Below, piece by piece: positions 56,495 to 64,000 of a stretch of DNA of 64,000 nt (position 1 is the stretch's first letter; every line of letters starts with the position of its first letter). The notes below the pieces were generated by a model. The model was given only the letters and a program-made list of their open reading frames with translations, was not told where the DNA came from and did not search any database. Origin of the DNA: an uncultured Thermoplasmata archaeon (lineage in GTDB: Archaea; Thermoplasmatota; Thermoplasmata; RBG-16-68-12); the NCBI GenBank assembly GCA_963768855.1, contig CAVYJM010000007.1, positions 32,001 through 96,000 on the forward strand. Direction: 5' to 3'. The position numbers and the translations under genes were made by a program.

Positions 56495-58195
56495 ATGGCC
56501 GTCACCCGCAAGCAGCTGCGCGCCGCGGCGGCCGTCTTGGTCCTCCTGGCGGCGGTCGCCGCCGTGCTCGCGCCCAGCGCCGCGTTGAACGCCGGATCGC
56601 TCGCGCTCCTCGCGCTCTACTCGACGATTCGGATGGCGCTGGCGTTCATCCTCTCCTTGGTCTTCGCGATCGCCTTCGGCACCGCCGCGGCGACGAGCAA
56701 GCGGGCCGGCGAGGTCCTCATCCCGATCCTCGACATCCTCCAGTCCGTCCCGATCCTGGCGTTCTTCCCGCCCGCCCTCCTGTTCTTTTACTACTCGCTC
56801 GGCGGGAGCGCGGTGGGCGAGGAGTTCGCGGTCATCTTCCTCATTTTCACGAGCATGGCGTGGAACATGGCCTTCGGAGTCTACGAGGCCCTGACGACCC
56901 TTCCCGGTGACCTCAAGGAGGCCGCCTCCGTCTTCGGGGTCCGGGACTGGCTCCGGTTCCGGCGCCTCTTCTTCCCCGCCACGATCCCGAAGCTCGTCTA
57001 CAACTCGATGCTCTCTTGGACCGTGGGCTGGTTCTACCTGGTGGCAAGCGAGGCAATCAGCTCGGGGAGCCTAAACCTCGAACGCCCCGGCCTCGGGTCG
57101 TTCATCTTCGCGGCGGGCCAGCGCGGGGACGTCCCCGCTATCCTGCTCGGAATCGGCGCCCTGGCGGTCGTCGTCCTCCTCCTGGACACCTTTCTCTGGC
57201 GGCCGCTCAGCGTGTGGTCCGAACGGTTCCGGATGGAGCAAACCGCGGGCGGCCCGACGACGCGCGCAACCGCGCCCTACGAACGGCTGCGGTGGCTGCC
57301 GCGATTTCCGCAGATCCGCCGTTGGCTGAGCGCACGCCTCGCGCCCCTCGCAAAAGGCTGGAACCGTGCCGCCTCCCCGCTCGACCACTACTACGTGTCC
57401 CACCCGAAGCTCATCCGCACGGTGCGCTGGGTCGACCTTGCGATGTTCCTCGTCATCCTCGTGTCCGTCGTGGTCACGGGAGTCGTGGGGATTGCCGCAA
57501 TCCTCACGAGCCCGATGCCCGCCTTGGCCGGAGAGATCCCGGCCGCCCTCGCGGCCTCCCTTGGCCGCCTGGGTCTCGCGTACGCCAGCGCGCTCGCCTG
57601 GACGATCCCCGTGGCGGCCTGGGTCGTCCAAAGCCCGCGCGCCTCCCGCTTCGTGACGCCCTTCCTCGAGGTGGTGGCCTCGATTCCGGCCACCGCGCTG
57701 TTCCCCCTGATCATCGCGTTTGCCGTGCTCGCGGTTGGGGCGTTCGGGCTGGAAGCGGAGCTCTCCGCGTACATGGTCGCCCTCTTCGCGATGCAGTGGT
57801 ATCTCCTGTTCAACCTGATCGCGGGGATGCGGAGCATCCCGGGCGACATGCGCGAGGCCGCGAAGGTGTTCGGCCTCCGCGGGTGGATCTACTGGAAGCG
57901 GGTCCTGCTGCCTGCGATCATGCCCTCCCTGCTCACGGGGAGCATCACGGCGTGGGGAGCCGGCTGGAACGCGCTCATCGTGGCGGAATACATCTCGTAC
58001 GCGGGGCATGTCTATCGCGTGGGCGCCGGGATCGGATACCTGATCGCCTACTCAACGTACACGCCGGGAGACCAGGGGAGGCTCCTCCTGCTGTCCGTCC
58101 TGGCGCTCGTCGTCGTCGTTCTCGTAATGAACAAGCTTTTGTGGCGCCCCATCATTAAACGCGCCTCGACACGCTTCCGGATTGAGATCCAATGA
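56495..58195 (+). CDS. ABC permease, duplicated NitT/TauT-type
   Basis: Two permease repeats ([15 protein letters not shown]; [25 protein letters not shown]). Confidence 0.9.
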   Translation: MAVTRKQLRAAAAVLVLLAAVAAVLAPSAALNAGSLALLALYSTIRMALAFILSLVFAIAFGTAAATSKRAGEVLIPILDILQSVPILAFFPPALLFFYYSLGGSAVGEEFAVIFLIFTSMAWNMAFGVYEALTTLPGDLKEAASVFGVRDWLRFRRLFFPATIPKLVYNSMLSWTVGWFYLVASEAISSGSLNLERPGLGSFIFAAGQRGDVPAILLGIGALAVVVLLLDTFLWRPLSVWSERFRMEQTAGGPTTRATAPYERLRWLPRFPQIRRWLSARLAPLAKGWNRAASPLDHYYVSHPKLIRTVRWVDLAMFLVILVSVVVTGVVGIAAILTSPMPALAGEIPAALAASLGRLGLAYASALAWTIPVAAWVVQSPRASRFVTPFLEVVASIPATALFPLIIAFAVLAVGAFGLEAELSAYMVALFAMQWYLLFNLIAGMRSIPGDMREAAKVFGLRGWIYWKRVLLPAIMPSLLTGSITAWGAGWNALIVAEYISYAGHVYRVGAGIGYLIAYSTYTPGDQGRLLLLSVLALVVVVLVMNKLLWRPIIKRASTRFRIEIQ

Positions 58196-58953
58196 CCGCT
58201 GGCTCCCTCATCCTCGAGGTCAAGCACGTCTCGAAGTCCTACTCGGAGAACGGGAAGAAGTTCCGGGTGCTCGAGGACGTCTCCTTCGAGGTCCACGACC
58301 GCGACTTCATTTGCATCGTCGGGCCGTCGGGCTGCGGGAAGTCGACCCTCCTCCGCGAGATCGTCGGACTGGATCTGCCCACAAGCGGGGAGATCCGCTT
58401 CGAGGGGAAGCCGGTCCAAGCGGAGAATCCGCGGATCTCGATGGTCTTCCAGTCCTTCGCCCTGTTCCCCTGGCTCACGGTCCTGGAGAACGTGGAATTG
58501 GGCTTAGAGGCCCACAAGGTACCGGAAGAAGAGCGCCGCGGCAAGGCGAAGAAGTACATCGACGCGGTCGGCCTGGCCGGCTTCGAGAACGCGTACCCAC
58601 GCGAGCTGAGCGGCGGGATGAAGCAGCGCGTCGGCATCGCCCGGGCGCTCGTCATGGACCCGACCCTCCTCTGCATGGACGAGCCGTTCTCCGCGCTGGA
58701 CGCGCTGACGGCGCAGAACCTGCGGGATGAGATCCTGCAGCTCTGGACGAACCCGGACATCCCGCCCTCCGCCGTGCTCATGGTGACGCACAGCATCGAC
58801 GAGGCGGTGTACCTCGCAGACCGGATCGTGGCGATGTCGCCGCGGCCCGGGCGAATCGTGAAGATCGAGTCCGTAGACCTGCCGCGGCCCCGGAACCGCA
58901 AGGAGCCGGAGTTCTACGGATGGGTCGACGAAATCTATTCCCTGATCGTGTAA
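58192..58953 (+). CDS. ABC ATPase, NitT/TauT-type
   Basis: [35 protein letters not shown]. Confidence 0.95.
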   Translation: MTAGSLILEVKHVSKSYSENGKKFRVLEDVSFEVHDRDFICIVGPSGCGKSTLLREIVGLDLPTSGEIRFEGKPVQAENPRISMVFQSFALFPWLTVLENVELGLEAHKVPEEERRGKAKKYIDAVGLAGFENAYPRELSGGMKQRVGIARALVMDPTLLCMDEPFSALDALTAQNLRDEILQLWTNPDIPPSAVLMVTHSIDEAVYLADRIVAMSPRPGRIVKIESVDLPRPRNRKEPEFYGWVDEIYSLIV

Positions 58954-58966
58954 GGAGGTCCAACAA

Positions 58967-59491
58967 ATGCCAAATAGTCCGCCCGCGAATGAGCCATGGA
59001 AGCTATTGGCCGACATGCACCCGATCGCCAAGGTCTCCGTGGGCCAGATCCTCGGCCTGGTCGAGGCCATCGACGAAGTGGGCGGATCCGCGGACGTCGC
59101 GACGATCTCTCAGGAGGTCGAGATGGACATCGACCGCCTCGGGCCCATCATCGACGCGGCGGAGCTCTTGAACTTCGTCAAGGTCGCTGAGGGCGACCTC
59201 ACGATCACGGAGCTGAGCCGGAAGGTCCTGCACGCGAACGTCCGCGAGCGGAAGAAGATCATCCGGGACATCATCGACGATGTGCCGATTTTCAAGCAGG
59301 TCATGGAGATGGCGAAGGCGGCCGGACGCCCGCTCTCCCGCGAAGAGGTGCTCGGCACGATTGCGGCCCAGGTGGGCACCCACAACGCGGATGACCTGTT
59401 CGACGCCCTCGTGTACTGGGGTCGCTACACGGAACTCGTCCACTACGACAGCGAGTCCGAGCAGCTGACAATCCTCATGCCGTCCGAGTGA
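58967..59491 (+). CDS. Stand-alone ABC-ATPase-associated C-terminal domain protein (AAA_assoc_C-like)
   Basis: GQILGLVE, D...IIDAAELL, WGRYTEL..YD. Confidence 0.8.
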   Translation: MPNSPPANEPWKLLADMHPIAKVSVGQILGLVEAIDEVGGSADVATISQEVEMDIDRLGPIIDAAELLNFVKVAEGDLTITELSRKVLHANVRERKKIIRDIIDDVPIFKQVMEMAKAAGRPLSREEVLGTIAAQVGTHNADDLFDALVYWGRYTELVHYDSESEQLTILMPSE

Positions 59492-59503
59492 CGAGGGTTC
59501 GCG

Positions 59504-61108
59504 TTACCCGGTCGCACCGAAGAACTGCCGCAGCATCGGATGCATTTCCATCATCTGCTCGCGGCCGATGGCCTCGTAGGTCTGGATGAGGATGCCTACG
59601 GCTAGCAGGACGCCCGTCCCGGAGGCGTTTCCCACCGTGCCGATCATGTCGGCGCCTGCAGCCAAGGCCCCCACCGCCGCGCCGGAGATGACGGCCACGA
59701 CCGGGATGTATCGGTCGAGCACCCGACGGAGTACCCTCGGATCTCTCCGGAATCCGGGAATCTGCATGCCGCTCGACTCGATCTGCCGCGCGACGTCCTC
59801 CGGCCCCATGTTCGTCGTCATGATCCAGAACTTGGCGAACAGGACGGAACCGAAGATGAAGATTGAGAGGTACACGCCGAGGTGGATGAGAACCTGGAAG
59901 TATGAATGGCCCTTCAGGTACACGCCGTAGGTGACCGGGTTAAAGAGCGGTAAGAGCCAGTCCGCCACCCCGTTGACCGTCGAGACGTAGAACGCGAACC
60001 CGCCGATCGGGGTGGTCTGCTGGATCTGGCCTGCGGTTACCCTCGGGTCGGTCGCAATCGGGTACGCGCCCAGCCACCACTGGTGGCCGATCAGCGGCCA
60101 CTCGGGATGCTGCCAGAACAGGAGGGAGAACATGCTCACGTTCGCGAGGACCGCGGCGACCAGGATGACCGGGATGTTCGAGGCGTACATCAGGCGGATC
60201 GGGTAGCGCCCGCGAGCGCCCCGGGCGAGTCCGTGCGCCAGGGGGAGCTCGATCCGGGTCGACTCGACGTAGGCGACCAGGAAGAAGATGGCAATCGTGC
60301 CGAAGAGGGCGATGAGCGGATTCGGTTGCCCGACCATGATCTGCTCGATTCCCGTCTGCGAGAGCTGCGCGGCGGGCATGTGGCCGAGGAAGTAGATGGT
60401 CTTCGGGATGGCGCCGGCCGGGACCGCCGAGCTGGCCGACGACGGCTCCCAGTTGAACGTCCCCGTGAAGATCTGCTGCGCGACGCCGCCCGCGATGAAG
60501 AGGGAGATGCCCGACCCGATGCCCCACTTCGAGACGACCTCGTCCATGAGGAACACGAGGTAGGAGCCGAGGAAGAGTTGCAGGATGATGAGGAACTTCG
60601 CGAGGTCGGCACCGTTCCCGGCAGGGATGAGACCGAAGAGCGCCGGGCCGTTCAGCCCGGTCACGAACCCGGCCGCGGGCGTGAGGAACCCGTAGACCTG
60701 CGGGATCGCCTCGACGAAGATCATGATGATAACCAGGAGCTTCTGCGTGCCCTGGTACACACTCTTGTCTTCGTCGTCCTCGAGGTCGAGGTTGATGATC
60801 TTGGCGCCTGCGAAGAGCTGCATGATGATCGAGGCCGTGACGATCGGCCCGATTCCGAGGTGCATGAGCGAGCCCTGGGCGCCCGCCAGGATTGCGCGGA
60901 GGCTTGAGAAGAAGTCGATGACGTTCGTGCGGTCCAGGCCGTAGATGAAGATGTTCGTCATCACGAAGTACAGGACCAGGATCGCGACGACCCAGAACAT
61001 CTTCGTGCGGAACTGGACGTGGCCCTCCGGGCGCGTGACGGCCGGGAGGCGGTCCGTCAGCGGCTTCAGGGCGTAGAGCCGGCTCTTCTTCTGCTCCTCG
61101 AGGGGCAT
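59504..61108 (-). CDS. secY: Preprotein translocase SecY (archaeal)
   Basis: GSLMHLGIGPIVTASII, SKWGIGSGISLFI, YASNIPVIL, IPGFRRDP, GTGVLL. Confidence 0.97.
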   Translation of the reverse strand: MPLEEQKKSRLYALKPLTDRLPAVTRPEGHVQFRTKMFWVVAILVLYFVMTNIFIYGLDRTNVIDFFSSLRAILAGAQGSLMHLGIGPIVTASIIMQLFAGAKIINLDLEDDEDKSVYQGTQKLLVIIMIFVEAIPQVYGFLTPAAGFVTGLNGPALFGLIPAGNGADLAKFLIILQLFLGSYLVFLMDEVVSKWGIGSGISLFIAGGVAQQIFTGTFNWEPSSASSAVPAGAIPKTIYFLGHMPAAQLSQTGIEQIMVGQPNPLIALFGTIAIFFLVAYVESTRIELPLAHGLARGARGRYPIRLMYASNIPVILVAAVLANVSMFSLLFWQHPEWPLIGHQWWLGAYPIATDPRVTAGQIQQTTPIGGFAFYVSTVNGVADWLLPLFNPVTYGVYLKGHSYFQVLIHLGVYLSIFIFGSVLFAKFWIMTTNMGPEDVARQIESSGMQIPGFRRDPRVLRRVLDRYIPVVAVISGAAVGALAAGADMIGTVGNASGTGVLLAVGILIQTYEAIGREQMMEMHPMLRQFFGATG

Positions 61109-61111
61109 CGA

Positions 61112-61549
61112 TTACTCCTTCGCTTGCTCGGGCAGGATGACCTGCCCACCGGCCTCTTGCACTTTCGCCCGAGCCTGCTCGGAGGCCGCTGCCACGGTGA
61201 TCTTGAACGCGGAGGAGACCTGGCCGCCCCCGAGGAGCTTGTCGATTCCCGCTGCGGTCAGGTCGATCTCGATCCCGGCGCCGGCGCGCTTCGCGTGGCC
61301 CTGGGCCTCGAGCTCCGCGACGCGGGTTCCGAGCTGCTCGAGGTTGATGACCGTGACCTCGTGCTTCACGGCGTGGCGCGTGAAGCCGTGGCGCCCGAAG
61401 TGGTCCGGGTCGTACTTGATCATCCACTTGAATTTGTGCTTGTGGAGACCCGCGTTCCCCGTGCCGCCGCGGCCGCCGGCGCCGCGGCCGTGTTTCTTGC
61501 CGCGGCCGTGGGTGCGGCTCCCGCGCATCTTGCGCGTCCTACTGGGCAT
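61112..61549 (-). CDS. rpl15: 50S ribosomal protein uL15
   Basis: RGSRTHGRG..GAGGRGGTGNAG, FGRHGF, KLLGGG. Confidence 0.95.
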   Translation of the reverse strand: MPSRTRKMRGSRTHGRGKKHGRGAGGRGGTGNAGLHKHKFKWMIKYDPDHFGRHGFTRHAVKHEVTVINLEQLGTRVAELEAQGHAKRAGAGIEIDLTAAGIDKLLGGGQVSSAFKITVAAASEQARAKVQEAGGQVILPEQAKE

Positions 61550-62030
61550 CCTTGGCACCTTCCTCGAACAGCATGCGCTCGATGAGCTCGTTGATTGCCT
61601 TGCCACGGTAGCCGAGGTCACCGCCGTCGTTGTAGCCTCGCTTGATCCCGCGCAGGCCCTTGACGGGCGGATGGAGCCGGAGCACCGGCCGGAGGTCCGT
61701 GACCTCGCGGAGGCTGGCCTCGCCCTTCGCCACGGCCTGGCTCAGGTCCCAAATGGAATTGAACTTGCTGTGGGCCTTGACGAACGCGTCGTCGATCGGC
61801 TTGTCGCCGACCGCGCGCCCCCGCCGCAGCAGGGCCTTCGCGAGGGTCTGATCGTCCACCTCGCCCCAGGTCACGAAGTCCTTCACGACCTTGAGCATGC
61901 CCGTGTACGTCGGGTCCTGGGGGATGATGACGCAGTGGTTCTGCCGCGTGAGGTGGAGCATCGTGAGGGTGTCGTGCACCGTGTCCCGGAGGTCGTGCTT
62001 GCCCCGGAGCCGGATGACCGCGAAGCTCAT
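61539..62030 (-). CDS. rpl30: 50S ribosomal protein uL30
   Basis: AVIRLRG, TLTMLHL, VTWGE, RLHPP, GYRGKAINELIERM. Confidence 0.95.
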   Translation of the reverse strand: MSFAVIRLRGKHDLRDTVHDTLTMLHLTRQNHCVIIPQDPTYTGMLKVVKDFVTWGEVDDQTLAKALLRRGRAVGDKPIDDAFVKAHSKFNSIWDLSQAVAKGEASLREVTDLRPVLRLHPPVKGLRGIKRGYNDGGDLGYRGKAINELIERMLFEEGAKDAQ

Positions 62031-62899
62031 GGCTGTTTCACCTCGTCCTTCGGTTCACCCTCGGTCTGCTCGACCTTCTCCTCCTTCTCCTCGGTCGCCT
62101 CTTCGGCGAGGTCCGTGCCCTCGATCCGACCGTCGGCGGTGAGCTCCGTCTCCGCAGCCTCGGGCGGGGCGGTCGAGGCGATCTTGTGGACGTAGACCTG
62201 CTCCGCTCCCTGGCGGATCTTGAGCCGCTCCGTGAGCTCGCCGGGGACCTTCATCCCGGCCGTCTTCCGGAGGGCCTCAAACGCCGCGAGCGCGTAGTTC
62301 ACGGTCGTCTTCGTGTGACCCTTCGTGAAGCCCCACGCATCCGTGATGCCCGAGAGCCGCAGGATGCTCTTCGCGACGTCGCCGACCGCAAGGCCGACGC
62401 CTTGGGGTGCGGGCTTCAGGGACACCTCCACGGATCCCGAGGAACCGGCGACCTTGAAGGGGAGGGAGTGTGCGCGGTAGCAGCCGCATTCCCAGGAGCC
62501 GCATCCCCGCTTCACCTCGATCATGTTGATCTTCGCGTTGTCGATCGCGCGCCGGATGGAGGGCCCGACCTCGCGGCCCCGGGCGCGGCCCAGGCCTACG
62601 AAGCCGTCCTTGTTGCCGACCACGCAGGTGATCACGAAGTTCACACGCCGGCCGGAGTCGGTCATGCGCTGGACCATGTTCACGTCGAGGACCTCGTCCT
62701 CCGTCTCGGGGAGGAGGATGTCCACGATCTCCGGTTCCCGGATCGGAAGGCCGCTCGAGATCGCCTCGCCCATCGTGGTGACCGTTCCGCTGAGGACCAT
62801 CTTCCCGAGCTTCGTCTTCGGGTTCCACTGGCTCAGGTCCCTCTGCGGACGGGAGTCCCGCGGGGGACGGCCGCCTCGTCGCTTTCTGCGTCCAGGCAT
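62027..62899 (-). CDS. rps5: 30S ribosomal protein uS5 with acidic C-terminal tail
   Basis: WNPKTKLG, VQRMTDSGRR, RGCGSWEC, T.GHT.TTVN. Confidence 0.96.
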   Translation of the reverse strand: MPGRRKRRGGRPPRDSRPQRDLSQWNPKTKLGKMVLSGTVTTMGEAISSGLPIREPEIVDILLPETEDEVLDVNMVQRMTDSGRRVNFVITCVVGNKDGFVGLGRARGREVGPSIRRAIDNAKINMIEVKRGCGSWECGCYRAHSLPFKVAGSSGSVEVSLKPAPQGVGLAVGDVAKSILRLSGITDAWGFTKGHTKTTVNYALAAFEALRKTAGMKVPGELTERLKIRQGAEQVYVHKIASTAPPEAAETELTADGRIEGTDLAEEATEEKEEKVEQTEGEPKDEVKQP

Positions 62900-63402
62900 C
62901 AGGCCGCCTCCAGCTTCGCCTTCACGGCGTCGAACGACTTGACGACCTCGTCCCCGATGTGCTCGCCCCGGATGCGGGCCTTCGCGGGGAGGATCTCCTT
63001 GCTGTGCGGCACCTTCACGCCCGCGTCGAGGAGGCCCTGGAGCGCTGCGAATACCCGGCCGCCCTTCGTGGGCTTTTGGACGCCGATATCGAGGACCGCG
63101 TCCTTGACGCCCTTGGCGAGGGCGCGCTTCCCGGCGAGGTAGCCGGTCAGGTACGCTGCGGGCACGTTGCCCGTCCCGACGGACCAGCCATGCTCCTTCA
63201 GGTCGAGGGACTGGGCCGAGGCCAGCACGTGGTCGCCGCCCGCGTCCGCCTCGACGATCTGGACGAGCGTCTGGTTGAGCGTCTTCCGGACGACCGCGCG
63301 GGGTGATGCGCTCCGGAGCAGCCGCTGGCGCCGCCGGTAGTCCGTCTTCCCCTCGCGTCGGCGCCGGAACGCCACGCGGAAGTGGGGACCTTGCTTCTTC
63401 AT
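62899..63402 (-). CDS. rpl18: 50S ribosomal protein uL18
   Basis: FRRRREGKTDYRRR, GNVPAAYLTG, VLDIG. Confidence 0.96.
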   Translation of the reverse strand: MKKQGPHFRVAFRRRREGKTDYRRRQRLLRSASPRAVVRKTLNQTLVQIVEADAGGDHVLASAQSLDLKEHGWSVGTGNVPAAYLTGYLAGKRALAKGVKDAVLDIGVQKPTKGGRVFAALQGLLDAGVKVPHSKEILPAKARIRGEHIGDEVVKSFDAVKAKLEAA

Positions 63403-63863
63403 TTCGCTGCCTCCTTGAGAACGCCCGCTATCTGAAGTTGCTGAGTCAGGTGGGCCTTGGATTTGAACATACCGCCCTTCGCCTGGCGGTAGAACCGGCG
63501 GTACGTGTGGACGTCGATGCGACCCTGGGCCTTGAGCTCCCGCAGGTAGGCCCGGAGTCTCCGGATGTTCCCCATCCATTGCCCCTTCGAAGACGAGCGG
63601 GCGTTCGCGGTCCCGCGACGCGTGCCCTGGCCCCGCTGGCGGCCCTTGCGCCGCTGGGCGGCGCGGATCCGCGCGCGGCCGCGGGACACGCCCTGCTCCG
63701 GGCGCTTCGTGATCACGTTTCTCCGGATGAGCTCGCGGATCTGCTCGCGCGTGATCGCATCAAAGATACTCTCCTGTTCGGCCGGGTCCGTCGTGATCCG
63801 CACCCGGTTCAGGCCGCATCCGAGGATCGCGGAAGCCAGGCGGCGCTGGTGGTCGAACCTCAT
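63399..63863 (-). CDS. rpl19e: 50S ribosomal protein eL19
   Basis: QRRLAS.ILGCG..RV, SRGRAR, G.GTRRG, WMGNIRRLR, AKGGMF. Confidence 0.95.
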   Translation of the reverse strand: MRFDHQRRLASAILGCGLNRVRITTDPAEQESIFDAITREQIRELIRRNVITKRPEQGVSRGRARIRAAQRRKGRQRGQGTRRGTANARSSSKGQWMGNIRRLRAYLRELKAQGRIDVHTYRRFYRQAKGGMFKSKAHLTQQLQIAGVLKEAAK

Positions 63864-64000
63864 TCCGTCACCATCCGGTTCAGGACGCGCAGGCCCTTGT
63901 CGTCGCATGCCTTCTCGATCAGCTCGCGCTTGCGCGAACCCACGCCGTGCGCGATGCGGACGGCCTGCTTCGCGGGATCGAGGCCTTCGAGCTCGCGTTC
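63860..64000 (-). CDS. rpl32e: 50S ribosomal protein eL32, 3' part (truncated by the window edge)
   Basis: ERELEGLDPAKQAVRIAHGVGSRKRELIEKACDDKGLRVLN; position directly upstream of eL19. Confidence 0.92.
   Translation of the reverse strand, partial: ERELEGLDPAKQAVRIAHGVGSRKRELIEKACDDKGLRVLNRMVTE

Noticed and set aside
59930-60130. Extended loop in SecY
   Set aside because: Archaeal SecY extracellular loops vary widely and there is no sign of an intein or frameshift.
1-64000. CRISPR arrays, tRNA/rRNA genes, IS transposases, defence systems
   Set aside because: No regularly spaced repeats, cloverleaf or rRNA signatures, or transposase/defence motifs found by eye; a tRNAscan/Infernal run would be definitive.

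Overview
Archaeal chromosomal window, high GC. Gene content and style (archaeal ribosomal proteins, SecY, RFC-L, Taw1/Taw2, CTP-dependent RibK, DUF835, class II HMG-CoA reductase, FTCD) point to a Thermoplasmatota/Thermoplasmata lineage; this assignment is inference. Mostly housekeeping: three aminoacyl-tRNA synthetases (TyrRS, ProRS, IleRS), purL/purQ/purS, histidine utilisation (hutU plus split FTCD), a Liv-type ABC transporter, argF, pdxS, wyosine enzymes, mevalonate-pathway candidates, and the end of the spc-type ribosomal operon (L32e-L19e-L18-S5-L30-L15-SecY). An RNase P RNA gene not in the ORF track lies at 750-1039 (minus strand). No tRNA, rRNA or CRISPR array was seen. Most unusual items: (1) IleRS with a 328-aa C-terminal HhH + three double-zinc-ribbon + DUF835 extension; (2) an aconitase-X/phosphomevalonate-dehydratase small subunit fused to a Nudix domain; (3) a two-gene serine-recombinase module in AT-richer flanks followed by an unannotated 50-aa RHH-like gene with a nested palindrome; (4) a low-GC luciferase-like oxidoreductase bracketed by 41/43-bp direct repeats; (5) a tyrosine recombinase lacking its first catalytic Arg and converging on the RNase P RNA gene; (6) a zinc-ribbon protein with proline-punctuated 11-mer amphipathic repeats. 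Family assignments come from motif recognition by eye, with no database searches. Several start codons were moved relative to the ORF track.
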